DNA of 64,000 bases from contig JAANOX010000188.1 in NCBI GenBank assembly GCA_020184695.1, forward strand, positions 40,383 to 104,382. Reading direction: 5' to 3'. Every line of letters starts with the position of its first letter. Position 1 is the first letter of the stretch. Source of the stretch: Histomonas meleagridis 2922-C6/04-290x (taxonomy: Eukaryota; Protista; Parabasalia). Below are positions 43,309 to 54,162 of this stretch, piece after piece. Under the pieces are notes generated by a model that was not told the origin of the DNA, ran no database searches, and saw only the letters and a list, made by a program, of their open reading frames with translations. Both the position numbers and the translations under genes were made by a program.

Positions 43309-45879
43309 ATGAGCATCGAAGGGAAATTACGAATTGGGAAAATCACAGGATATCCAGCATCAGTTGCATCGCGTTCACATTGTAGAATTTCCATTTCTTT
43401 TCCTCAAAACCAATTTCGACTTACAAATGCAATATCTACAGATGATACATTTGATTTTGATTATGAGGCTCAATATACATTAGAAAATTCCAATCCTTAT
43501 TTACTTGATAGAATTATATCGCAGCCTTTAAAATTAACTCTTTTTTCTGTTTCTGCTGATACAAGACATCAAACACCAGCATTTGAATTTCAACTTTATT
43601 TAGATTCTCTCCTTCTCGAACAAAAGACAGAAATATCGGCAGATTTGATTGGCAAGCATTGTGAAAAAGGAGAATTTGATGCAACAATAACAGCACCAAC
43701 TTTACATATAATATTTCAAATTCCAGAACCATTAATTTCACAAGAAGATTCACAAGGGTCTGCAATTTTAAAGCTCACAGTAAATGATCTTAAAAATCTT
43801 CCGAATTCAATAATTTCATCATCACTCCATCCCGATGACAAAATTCACACATTTGATTACAATGTTTCTTTTAAATTTCCAGGAGATCGAATATTTCAAA
43901 TAACATCAGGTGTTTTTAATTTTGATGATCCGCCATTTATCGAATGGAATCGAAGCATTCGCGTATTTCTTCCTTCTTCCTCAGTTAATGCATTACTTGA
44001 ACAAGGTTCAAAAATTGAATTCGAAGTTTGGAGAGTTCTTAATGATGAATTTTTTCATTTTCCAATAACCCCTCCAATCACTAATATTTTTACTGGGAGA
44101 GCTATTTTAGATAGTTCTGAGATCACCAAGCCTGGTCAATCATATTATACAATTGAACTTTCTGTTCAAAAATATGAAAATGAGGAACCAATTAGAGCAC
44201 CTGACATTGCATTAACTGTTGATTATGGAGAATCACGTAAGTCTAATCGCACAGCTCGTAAAATAGGTCCTAAAGGCACAAAACGCAAAGGAAAACGCCC
44301 AATCACATCAAAAGATAAAAAACAGTTAAAAGTGCTTCAGACCACTTTTTCAGAGCTAACCGACAACGATGGCTTCAATGGTGAGTCCAAACTCAGTATT
44401 GATTTCCAATTTTCACATGCATTAGTTTTAAAACCTTTAGTAATGTTATCACAACTTAAGCCATCAGATTTATGCAAAAAGATTGAAAATACATGCGCAC
44501 ATAAATTATCTGATGCGATAACTGAATTTCGTGAAACTGTTGAAATATTAGCAGGAGAAATATCAGAAGCTCAACGAACTCTTGATGAGTGTAAACAAGC
44601 AGCACCTGATTTTTCTGATGACATAATCACGATTCTTAATAATATGCCATCATATCATATTGCATTGGAAAAACTTCGGAATTCAATTTTATATACATTT
44701 TCCGAATATTCATTAGCACGTAATTCTCAAAGTGAGCGTGAATTAAAAATATTATTATCAAAACTTCCAATATATTTGCGTGATGAAATCATAAAACAAC
44801 TTCCTCAAATTTATACTCCAACCAAAAAACCTATTAACCAACGTGAGTTTTTAATCCGTGAGAGTAATGAATCAGAATTAATAGGACATAAAAATACTGC
44901 GGCCGAATATCTTGAGGAATTATTAGCAATTGATTTAAATAACGCCGAGTCATGGTGGATATATTCATGTTTAATGTATAAACATGGGAATTTAAGGCGT
45001 ACTGAAGAATGTGTTCGGCGTGGGCTGTCATTTGACACAAACCACCTAAAGTTGTCAATTTTGTTTGCTTCTTTGTTAGCTGCTCAAGAACGTTATGTTG
45101 AAGCCATCAATTTTCTGAATTCAAAAAAATTCAATGAGAAAATCGTTGATGTTGTAATTTACATATTGAAAGGTTTAGCTAATCTTCCAGTTCAACAGTT
45201 ATTTGATGAAAACGATTCGCCTTTGAGTTACGCTTCCGAGTTAATGGATATAGAAGATGTGATTTTCTCTGAGCAATTAATCGCTCATGAACAAATCTTA
45301 AAAGGTGAAACTGCTGAGGTTTTGTTAAAGTTTGGACAATTGCAATATAAAATGCATAATTTCCCAAAGGCAATTTCTTTCTTAACAAGATCAATTTCAT
45401 TAGAAAAAACATCTGACGCTTTATTGTTAATGGGTCATGTTGAATATGAGCGTGAAAGATTTGAGGATGCAGCAAAGTGGTTTGAGCAAGGTTTAGAGTT
45501 GAGGTTTGAACAAGAAGCTGCAATTAGATTAGGATTCATTTATTTAGATATGGATGAAAACCTAAAGGCAGAAAATATTTTGTTCCAATGTTCCCCTCAA
45601 AGTGCTTTAGTTCTTCTTGGACTTGGGATTGCGGCTGTAAGGATGGAGAAGTATAAACAGGCCGAAGAACTTTTGAATCAGGCAACCGTTGTAAACTATA
45701 GAAATCCGGAGGTTTGGGGATACATCGCAATTCTTTCTGATATCATGGAAAGACCTGATGAAGCAATGCATGCACTCGAAATGACGAAAAAATGGAGGCT
45801 AGAAAATCCTAAAATCATCAAATTATTGAAAGAAAGGTTCGGTGAGGAAGATGAAGATACTCAAATTGACGATTATTAA
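43309..45879 (+). CDS. TPR protein, CFAP70-like (flagellar)
   Basis: 856 aa. N-terminal beta/C2-like region, basic linker, many C-terminal TPRs. Overall layout resembles CFAP70/TTC18. Confidence 0.55.
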   Translation: MSIEGKLRIGKITGYPASVASRSHCRISISFPQNQFRLTNAISTDDTFDFDYEAQYTLENSNPYLLDRIISQPLKLTLFSVSADTRHQTPAFEFQLYLDSLLLEQKTEISADLIGKHCEKGEFDATITAPTLHIIFQIPEPLISQEDSQGSAILKLTVNDLKNLPNSIISSSLHPDDKIHTFDYNVSFKFPGDRIFQITSGVFNFDDPPFIEWNRSIRVFLPSSSVNALLEQGSKIEFEVWRVLNDEFFHFPITPPITNIFTGRAILDSSEITKPGQSYYTIELSVQKYENEEPIRAPDIALTVDYGESRKSNRTARKIGPKGTKRKGKRPITSKDKKQLKVLQTTFSELTDNDGFNGESKLSIDFQFSHALVLKPLVMLSQLKPSDLCKKIENTCAHKLSDAITEFRETVEILAGEISEAQRTLDECKQAAPDFSDDIITILNNMPSYHIALEKLRNSILYTFSEYSLARNSQSERELKILLSKLPIYLRDEIIKQLPQIYTPTKKPINQREFLIRESNESELIGHKNTAAEYLEELLAIDLNNAESWWIYSCLMYKHGNLRRTEECVRRGLSFDTNHLKLSILFASLLAAQERYVEAINFLNSKKFNEKIVDVVIYILKGLANLPVQQLFDENDSPLSYASELMDIEDVIFSEQLIAHEQILKGETAEVLLKFGQLQYKMHNFPKAISFLTRSISLEKTSDALLLMGHVEYERERFEDAAKWFEQGLELRFEQEAAIRLGFIYLDMDENLKAENILFQCSPQSALVLLGLGIAAVRMEKYKQAEELLNQATVVNYRNPEVWGYIAILSDIMERPDEAMHALEMTKKWRLENPKIIKLLKERFGEEDEDTQIDDY

Positions 45880-46029
45880 TTTTTTTTTTTTGAAATTTTT
45901 GTAAACGTGTTCTTTATTTTTCTCTTGTAGAGTTGTTATAAAAATATATATTCACCTTCTTTTCTTTATTTATATTTATTAAAATGTGAGACAAAAGGCA
46001 GATGTTTATATGATTATAGATTTGAGCAT

Positions 46030-46580
46030 TATTTTTTATTAAGAAGTAATTTTACTATTCCTTTGTAACCATTTGAAGATGCCTTCTTAAGTATTGGAAT
46101 AATATTTAAAATATTATATTATTTGAGTAAATATGAAATAATTAAAATTTAAATTTTCGGCATCAACATTGTTTAAGAAGGAATTTTACAAGTTTGTAAT
46201 TTGTTTTATATGCATCTTCAAATGATGAATGATTTTGTTCCCAAAAATGTATGATTTCTTCATTTCCACATGTAATAGCATTTACCTGTGTTTTCCATAT
46301 TAGAACCACTCATAAGTAAATATTTAAAACATTTTACAGATCCAAAAAATGCAGCATAATCAATTAATGTAACATTCCATTGGTTAACGAATGAACAATT
46401 TTCATAAAGTGATAGTTCAATTGTTTGCTTAAAATCAAAATTTTAATTGTGATGATATTTCTTGAAGTTTTTCTATTTCATCATTTCGAATTATTTTCTC
46501 AATTTCATTTGTATTAACTCCTTCCTGGATTAGTTGCATATGAAATTCCCAATCATTTTTTAGTTCTTCATAATTATTAA
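46030..46580 (-). pseudogene. Degenerate DUF3447-ankyrin family relic
   Basis: Near-identical blocks to 37200-37520 (cagatccaaaaaatgcagcataatcaattaatgtaacatt) with indels and stops. Confidence 0.8.
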
Positions 46581-46646
46581 AATTACATTTTTTAATTTAA
46601 AAATTCAGTTTATTTTTTCAAAACAATAACAAAATGAAAACAGAAT

Positions 46647-47585
46647 TTATTGTTGTGCATATAATATTGGAATTTTCATTACTTTTTTCTCCTTTTTATT
46701 TCCAAACACTTTTACTCTAAAGAAGTCAAATTGATTCCACAAACTCAAAATGATTATAATTGCACAAAACAAAGCATAGCTCCACTTGAACAAAGTTCCA
46801 TTGCTCAAAATCCACGACTCCTTTTTCACGTTAATCTCAATAAACAAATATACGCCAGTTACAAATAGTATTGGAAGGAAAACATTCGGTAAAATAATTC
46901 CTGTTGCAAATCCGATTCCGATTCCAATTATATAGAACTTTGCATTGGTAATCGAATTTTTATAGAAAGATGCTTTTGCAGTAATATTATTAACTTCCTC
47001 AAATAATGTTACAATCGATGTTTGCATGCTTCCAATTGCTTTTGCTTCTTCGTCAAGTGTTTCTTGTACTTCATTCAACCTATCGCGCATTGATAATGTT
47101 GCAAGATTCATGCTTTCTCTAGCTTTTATAAGAAACTCTGTCGAAATGGAAACTGCCTTATATACGTTGAGCACTTTTTGAAGATTGTCTGTAGAAAGTT
47201 GTTCATGTGCAGCATGGAAACAAATTGTATCAAGACTTGTAAATATTGTAGTAAAAACTCCAAAACTTTCCAGGTCTAGTTCACGAATAAATTGGTCATC
47301 ATTGATATATTGTGGGATTTTATCACCACGACCATCTTGATTTTGTTCACATATCATAATAGCAACCGCAAGTCTTTTCCTTTTTGTTTCATCGAGGTTT
47401 ATACATAATGTTTTTAGTTGTTTACTTAAATCTTCAAAACATTGATTAATTTTTTGATTTGCAGCATCTGTAATATGCGACGCCTTTCGTTCATCTTCAC
47501 TTGATGAATTAGGTTTTCTGTCAACAAGTGAAATATATTTTTCGGGAGAAAATTCTGAAATAACGAGAGGAATAAGCAAAAACAT
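46647..47585 (-). CDS. GEX1/KAR5/Brambleberry-like nuclear membrane fusion protein
   Basis: Signal-like MFLLIPL. Cys-rich domain CFEDL..LKTLCINLDE.KRKRLAVAIMICEQNQDGR...FTSLDTIC. Coiled coil, then three C-terminal TM helices. Confidence 0.65.
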   Translation of the reverse strand: MFLLIPLVISEFSPEKYISLVDRKPNSSSEDERKASHITDAANQKINQCFEDLSKQLKTLCINLDETKRKRLAVAIMICEQNQDGRGDKIPQYINDDQFIRELDLESFGVFTTIFTSLDTICFHAAHEQLSTDNLQKVLNVYKAVSISTEFLIKARESMNLATLSMRDRLNEVQETLDEEAKAIGSMQTSIVTLFEEVNNITAKASFYKNSITNAKFYIIGIGIGFATGIILPNVFLPILFVTGVYLFIEINVKKESWILSNGTLFKWSYALFCAIIIILSLWNQFDFFRVKVFGNKKEKKVMKIPILYAQQ

Positions 47586-47693
47586 GTTAAATTTACGTTT
47601 AAAATTTATTAACGTCTTCAGCAAAATTTGAATTGAAAGAAAACTGAATTTTTATTAATCTATTTTCAAACATAAGTTGATTTCGTAATCAAG

Positions 47694-48263
47694 CTAAAAA
47701 CCTTGACTACTCATTTTAATTGTGTGCATTTTGGAATGCGAGTCAAGTTGGGAATGATCGCTTTTACTACTTTTCACAATTGGTTGTTCCTTTAATGAAT
47801 CAATCTTCTTCTGTATCGCCGTAAGCTCGTTTTGAACATACTTCCTAAGATCTGCAATTTTATCTTTTGCAACAAGAATCTGTTCTTCTAATCCATTAAG
47901 ACTATCATTGGTACATTGGTGCAAATTGTCTTTGATGCCAGAGGAAACTCTTTCATAAAGGCTATCCACGTAGGATCGATTTGCCTTCTCTATTAATGTT
48001 CTTTTGAGAGCTTTTCTTGCCAAAAGCTTTTGAACAACACGAACTAGTGCATAAATGGCTTCCTCATGCTGTCCATTTCGAGCATAATTTTTGATCTTTT
48101 CCCAATGAGGCGCTAACTGAGCTGAAGTATATACTTTTGGTGTGTTTATTTCTGATGAATTTACTCGAAGAGCTTTAAGTTCTTCTTCCATCTGTTTGAT
48201 TTCACGATCATAATGCTCCTGTAATTCTTGGAGGCGGTCCTCGATGTTTCCATCGAGTTCCAT
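47694..48263 (-). CDS. Hypothetical coiled-coil protein
   Basis: ORF of about 189 aa from the ATG; heptad-rich E/K/L composition. Confidence 0.7.
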   Translation of the reverse strand: MELDGNIEDRLQELQEHYDREIKQMEEELKALRVNSSEINTPKVYTSAQLAPHWEKIKNYARNGQHEEAIYALVRVVQKLLARKALKRTLIEKANRSYVDSLYERVSSGIKDNLHQCTNDSLNGLEEQILVAKDKIADLRKYVQNELTAIQKKIDSLKEQPIVKSSKSDHSQLDSHSKMHTIKMSSQGF

Positions 48264-48743
48264 TGAATTTACGCACAAAAAGTGACAATATAATCTTTTA
48301 TTCTATAGTTTACACTGCGCCAATTTTATGACCAAGCTACAGTTCTGCGTCGAACAAAAAGTTGGTAAATGAATCGTTTACACTGAAAAACTGCAATTTT
48401 TAATTGAAAATAGAAGTTTCATCCACTAATATCCGCTTTTTGATAACTTTTTATCTATTGGTTATTAAACCGTTATAGTGAAAAATAAATAAAATTCAGT
48501 TCCATGAGAAATTTCATCAATAAACTTTTACTAACACATGTTTCTTTAAAGACAAATCTATTTCAAAACAAAAGGTTTTAAAGCCATTTAACACAGTTAA
48601 CAAAAAAATTTTACTCATTCAATTTGATGAAGATATCTTTATGATTAAATTAAAAATTATTTCATGGGAAATATAATTGTTAACATTATATATCATTCTT
48701 ATTGCTAAAAACCTTATTTAAATTTCAGTTTATTCCATTAATT

Positions 48744-50804
48744 TTAATATGCCGTTGTTATCACATCGCCAACAGACAAAACAGAATCTTCATCGGCATC
48801 AACACCGAACAAAACGCCGAATGGTGTTACTCCGTATCTACTTCTTTCATCTGCTATTGTTTTCAGTGAGTCCACTTCTATATTTTCAGAGAATGGCTCG
48901 ACGGAAGAAGTCATACACAGCACCCTCCATCTCCATCTTGTTATGAGCATATTTCCACATTTCATCGGCTGCTCAACGTCTCCTTCTTCTGTAAATGGTG
49001 GTTGGCCCGACAGCAATAAGCTTGCATAGAACCTATTATAGTTATATCCTTGTGGCAACAAAGATAAACTTTCTTTTGTTATTGCGGAAAACGCCATTTT
49101 CCCGAGGAACTTTTGTTCCAACTTGACAAGATATAAGTACCGGCCAAGAGTTTGATACAAGAACATACTGACATCCTTGGAATAGACTTTTCCATATTTG
49201 GAGACTTCGGATGGAGGATTTTCATATTCATCAAACCCTTCAACAGGTACTTTCAAGATGTGATCGCGATAACGAAGACATAATTGGCCATCTTGAACTA
49301 TAGCTATAAGTGTTGCAACAGATGGACATTGTGGTGCACCAATACTCGAACCTTCTTCCGAAAAAAGTTTCCATCTTCGATCATATTCGAATCCATAGTT
49401 ATCAACTTTGCTACTTTTGACTTCATAGCCACCTGCTGCTACAATTGGAAAGACAAACATTCTCTCAATAGTAAATGGAAGCTTAATGGGCTCGCTTTCG
49501 GGGTTAGGTCCACCATTAAGAAACATTCGTGAAATAAGTGAAAGGAATTTATCAGCATCTTCATTGGTGGAGGGGTACCCGAACGATACGCGTATCGTCG
49601 CAACCGGTCTATCGTTAACTACACATAACGATGAGACGCACTTTTCGCCTTGAGTTTGACTGGACGAAAATTCAATGACTTCTTGATCGGTCCATCCAAG
49701 AGATGTGAAGGTGGCGCCAGGGTTACAATGACTTCCAATTCGAACAGAGACCTTGTTAACATCAAAAATGAACTGGATTTCTTGATGGTTAATGATTTTG
49801 CCATCGTTAGTTAGAAGATTGAAAGAATGAATGCTTGTGTTCTCTGATTTCTCAGGGTAAAATACAAAAAGTGGTTGACCATTAGAATGCTTCATGGATT
49901 CTGCAGCTTCTCTGAAGCGTTTTGATACACTGTATACATGTTCCGTTATTTGTGCTTCAGTACCAAAAGAATTACGAACACGAATGCCTTCAAGCGCAAG
50001 CAGAAGATCCGTGTATGCAATTGTGCCACTTTCAAACTTTTTCTCGAAATATGTCATGAGCTTGAATTTTCCATTTCTGGAACAACTATAAAGAAGATTA
50101 CCGCCGGCTGGTGGAGGATCTTTTAGAAGGTCTAAGCGATCTCTCCTTACGAGTAGAACACCTCCATGAGATCCAGCAAGTTTGAGTAATGACAACACAA
50201 CAAAATCAGGCTTATACCGAGAAAGATCAGGCGCTAATGTAGAAGCCGCATCAAGAATAACAATGCCATTTGTTTTTTGATACTCGCTGATCCATTCAAG
50301 CTGATATGTTTTTCCATTAAAATTGGAATGCAATGGAAATGCAAAAATATGGATATGAGAACCTTCTTCATTTGGAAGAGTATCTACACACTTTACTGTC
50401 ATTCCTTTGTTTCTGAACATTTCTGCTAAACCAAGAATTGAATTATGATTATCAACTAAATATGAGAAAGATGATGTTGAGTCAACTTTTAAAAGACGTC
50501 CGAGAGTTTGGATTGAATCTGTAGTGTTATGTGTAAAAACAACCATATATTCATCAGGAGTTGTATTAGCCAAAATGTAAATTGAAGATCGAAGTTGTTC
50601 AACTTCGTTTACTGAGCGAGAAACCTTTGCGCCTGAATGAGGATTTCTAACACAATCATTCATTAAAAATTTGTAACATTCTGTTTGTGATTGACAAATA
50701 GGCATAGATGCCGCAAAATCTAAGTACAGCCTTTGACTTAGTTGTGGGAATTCTGATTGAATTAAATTTTCTCTTGTTAGTTTTGATTGTTGTGTTGAGC
50801 TCAT
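48744..50804 (-). CDS. MOCOS: Molybdenum cofactor sulfurase-like (class V PLP domain plus MOSC domain)
   Basis: LYLDFAAS, ILDAA, SLLKLAG (PLP Lys), FESGT, RIGSHCNPG (Cys), IRVSFG, then IERMFVFPI...YDRRWKL MOSC N-terminus. Confidence 0.85.
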   Translation of the reverse strand: MSSTQQSKLTRENLIQSEFPQLSQRLYLDFAASMPICQSQTECYKFLMNDCVRNPHSGAKVSRSVNEVEQLRSSIYILANTTPDEYMVVFTHNTTDSIQTLGRLLKVDSTSSFSYLVDNHNSILGLAEMFRNKGMTVKCVDTLPNEEGSHIHIFAFPLHSNFNGKTYQLEWISEYQKTNGIVILDAASTLAPDLSRYKPDFVVLSLLKLAGSHGGVLLVRRDRLDLLKDPPPAGGNLLYSCSRNGKFKLMTYFEKKFESGTIAYTDLLLALEGIRVRNSFGTEAQITEHVYSVSKRFREAAESMKHSNGQPLFVFYPEKSENTSIHSFNLLTNDGKIINHQEIQFIFDVNKVSVRIGSHCNPGATFTSLGWTDQEVIEFSSSQTQGEKCVSSLCVVNDRPVATIRVSFGYPSTNEDADKFLSLISRMFLNGGPNPESEPIKLPFTIERMFVFPIVAAGGYEVKSSKVDNYGFEYDRRWKLFSEEGSSIGAPQCPSVATLIAIVQDGQLCLRYRDHILKVPVEGFDEYENPPSEVSKYGKVYSKDVSMFLYQTLGRYLYLVKLEQKFLGKMAFSAITKESLSLLPQGYNYNRFYASLLLSGQPPFTEEGDVEQPMKCGNMLITRWRWRVLCMTSSVEPFSENIEVDSLKTIADERSRYGVTPFGVLFGVDADEDSVLSVGDVITTAY

Positions 50805-51068
50805 TTAATGGTCTCTTTGCAATAAAGTATTTAAAACTTCCATTGTTTGCGTGGAACGTTTTGATTGTAAATCATTGAATATGTAAAAAAACATTTTTCA
50901 TCATCAAGAAAAATAAATATAAATAGGAGATTTTAAATTTTTTCACAGAAAAATGGAAAGACCCTTTGCACTATAAGTAGTTTCGCTAATTATGTATTAT
51001 GTTTAAAATAAGTCAATCAATCAAAGACTCGTTATCAAAAAAAACCAAAAAGTTTATTTATTTATGTG

Positions 51069-51497
51069 TTAAGCTATAGGACTTTGAGAACATTGAACAG
51101 AAAAAACAATGGATTCAACCTTTTGTTTGAAAGAATCTGATGTTATTGGTGAAAAAGGGGTATAAAAAGGATTTGAAAGTTCACGAATAACTTCGTCATT
51201 TATTCCAGAAAAAGCTCTACGAACAGTGCTTTCAATTAATTGAGATTGACTTGAACATACAAAGTAAAATCTATACTGTATCGTGTTTTTATACTCGGTG
51301 ATATTGTATTGTTCTGTTTTATAAATGGTTCCATGAAATCCAACGTGATATTGATTTGAATTTGAAATTGCTGTAAAAATCAAATAATCAAATTCAACCT
51401 TAGATCCGCTTGATGTATTTAACTGATATGAAAATATGGGAGAACCATCAGGTGTTAAAATTGATACATAAAAAACGCACGAAGAATTTTCTGTCAT
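51069..51497 (-). CDS. Sedlin/TRAPPC2-like longin-domain protein
   Basis: 142 aa. C-terminal LSNPFYTPFSPITSDSFKQKV is typical of Sedlin. Confidence 0.75.
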   Translation of the reverse strand: MTENSSCVFYVSILTPDGSPIFSYQLNTSSGSKVEFDYLIFTAISNSNQYHVGFHGTIYKTEQYNITEYKNTIQYRFYFVCSSQSQLIESTVRRAFSGINDEVIRELSNPFYTPFSPITSDSFKQKVESIVFSVQCSQSPIA

Positions 51498-51904
51498 GTT
51501 AATGACATGTGATATAAAAAATTATACAGTTGAATATTCATCTTGAAGCGTTCGCCCTTTCTTCAATTGTTTCAAGAACTTTAAAATGGGAATGGGGAAA
51601 CATTGAATGTATTGATGATTTGAATGCTTTTTTGTTGAAAATTAGTAATTTCAACATTTGCATTTCATAATTTCCATCTTACAAATTAAATTTCATGTTT
51701 TTAAATTTGTGTAAAATATTACAAAAAAAAATTTTTACTTTTGAAATATATTAAGGTTAATCATATTATATATATTATATGCTATTGGTTTTAAAATGAA
51801 AATCTGTCCTTTCGGAAAGCACTTTTAACGACCAAAGCGTTAAACCGATTTTGCCATTTTATAACCTATTCAAAATTGTTTCACACTAAAATTAAACTAT
51901 TCAA

Positions 51905-51957
51905 AATTTTTTTTCACGTGAAAAAAAATTGAATACGATCAAACCACGCGGTGGTTT
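51905..51957. promoter_or_regulatory. Two adjacent palindromes in a divergent intergenic region
   Basis: AATTTTTTTTCACGTGAAAAAAAATT (perfect 26-mer, 51905-51930) and AAACCAC-GCG-GTGGTTT (51941-51957). Confidence 0.45.
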
Positions 51958-52170
51958 TACCAACAATTTCTTTATGGCCGAATGTTTTTTTATTTATTTT
52001 TTTTTAAATTGATGATATAAATATATTTTTATTAATTATTCTATGACGATATAAATGGTTTTATTTATCTAACTTGGATAATTTGATTTTTCATATTAAT
52101 TTGGGCCTGATTTTTTGAATACTTTTTTGAATTTTTTTCGGTTAATTTCAATAAAGAAAATCCATTTGGA

Positions 52171-53313
52171 ATGTACCCTTCAACACAGAGTTTTTCTCCT
52201 TCTCCGGCCTTCCTTCTTTCTCAGATGAGTGACCCAACATCTGTGCTATCCAATTTATGCTCACCATTTCTCATAAATGATGTATCAATCGAATCATTTG
52301 GAGATAATATGGTATCTTCCTTATTAATACCAAACATGAAAAAATCAATATTAAACCATGAGCGCGAAGCACTACAAAGTATTCCAGAACTCATTAAGAT
52401 AATTATAGATAACTTAGGAGAAGAAATGTTAGATCTCATAAAAACAGAAATTTTAGAAACAATTATAACAATATACTTAGAATCTTCTGAAAAAGAAGAA
52501 TCATGGATATTAGATCTTTTTTGCGATTCAGTTTCTTCAATCTCATCACGATTTCGTGATGATATTTTAGTTGAATCAATATATAAATATTACACATCCG
52601 ATAATGTTAAATTACGAGTATTGGCAGCTACGATTATTTCTTTAGTACGAAGGAATTATCGTATTATAAATCAATTTCAAGCATTATCAAATGATACAAA
52701 TCCAAAAATTCGTTTAACAATTATCAAATGTTTACCAAATTGTACATTTAATGAACATATAACAGAGCCAATTCTTGAGTTAACAGCACATGATGAATCA
52801 GTTTTAGTTCGAAATGAAGCAGCAAAAATTTTTGGATATTTAACACCTCATATGACAAACACATATATAAATCTTTTATTAGATCCAAACACAACTGTTA
52901 GTGCGTTAACATGTTTTAAACAAATGGTAAATTTTTCAGAATTTGGTCAATTTTATCCAGCATTTATTGAAGTGATTAAAATGTTTCCGGAAAATGCTGC
53001 TAAAGCTTTAATAGAAATTGCACCAATTGTTGATTCAAGTGAACATAGATTATTATATAAATGTGCAAAATTATTAAGAAATGTTCCGGAATTCGTTGAA
53101 TCATTTTATCAATTCGCAAAATGCTTCGGTAATAGAAAAAGGTTTTTAAGGTTTTTTTGTGATAAGGAAAAAATGAATAATGAAATTAAGAAACTTTATG
53201 CACAACAATTAAAATTTTTTAGTGATGAATTCGAATTTGGCGAAAAACTTTTGCCTGCATATATGAACGATTCACTGGCGATAAACAAGATCGCGCCATC
53301 AATCGTTTTTTAG
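52171..53313 (+). CDS. HEAT-repeat protein (PP2A A-subunit/PP4R1-like)
   Basis: HEAT ends SDNVKLRVLAA, NDTNPKIRLTII, HDESVLVRNEAA. Confidence 0.65.
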   Translation: MYPSTQSFSPSPAFLLSQMSDPTSVLSNLCSPFLINDVSIESFGDNMVSSLLIPNMKKSILNHEREALQSIPELIKIIIDNLGEEMLDLIKTEILETIITIYLESSEKEESWILDLFCDSVSSISSRFRDDILVESIYKYYTSDNVKLRVLAATIISLVRRNYRIINQFQALSNDTNPKIRLTIIKCLPNCTFNEHITEPILELTAHDESVLVRNEAAKIFGYLTPHMTNTYINLLLDPNTTVSALTCFKQMVNFSEFGQFYPAFIEVIKMFPENAAKALIEIAPIVDSSEHRLLYKCAKLLRNVPEFVESFYQFAKCFGNRKRFLRFFCDKEKMNNEIKKLYAQQLKFFSDEFEFGEKLLPAYMNDSLAINKIAPSIVF

Positions 53314-53449
53314 ATTTACTTTTTTTTTAAATATCAACAAAACAAAAAATTGTTTTTAAATAAAATCTACTTTGTTTTTGGTGGCATAAAAAAATCATTT
53401 TTAAACATCTTGTAATTTGAAATCCATGGTTTAAATAGTGACTGTTTGT

Positions 53450-54060
53450 AGAGTAGCTGAATCAGGAATACACATCACAAAAATGTTTGTTGCAATAACT
53501 TACAAATAAAATTAAATTTGTTATTTAATTAATTTTTATAAAAAATTAACATAAGAATTATAAGCTCAGATGCTTCTCGAAAAAGTCTACATGCATTAAC
53601 TTTTTCATCATCAAAGTAATTCATGATTATTAGCACGTGATGCTATATGCGATTCATCTAGCAAAACACGGAGAGTATCTGGAATGAAGTTAAGAACACA
53701 AAAATGTTTACAAATTGTTTTATCAATCATTACTAAATATCCATTAATAAAAATTGTGTAAAATTTTTCTGCATAAAAGGTAAAGACTGAAAGTATGACA
53801 TAGCTTTCGCATTTTGCATATTGTTCAATTGAAAGCGTTGTTGAATTAAAAAAAAATAGAATTGTCTGGATTTTGAATAAAATGCAAATTCATTTGGAAC
53901 AGCATGACACGAAAGAACTTCCATCAAGCGACTGGATTTGAGAAATTATTTCAATGTGAAGAGATGGAATTATTTTGAATAAGATTTCAACATCACAATT
54001 TTGATACCAAAAAATTGTGAGAATATCTTCAACATAAATATTACATTTCGCTGTAAGAAT
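53450..54060 (-). pseudogene. Possible degenerate LRR/BspA-like relic
   Basis: Fragments such as IPSLHIEII and IPDTLRVL on the reverse strand; heavily degraded. Confidence 0.3.
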
Positions 54061-54162
54061 TCTCAATAAGCTATTATAAACTTGTTATCTAATGATGCTT
54101 GAGCAATTTTTGTTGTTTTACACAAAACGATCATTATCGGTTCAAATCAGGAAAACTGGGGA

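Noticed and set aside
48529-48540. TACTAAC branch-point-like motif
   Set aside because: It is intergenic and not followed by the short spacer and AG of a parabasalid intron.
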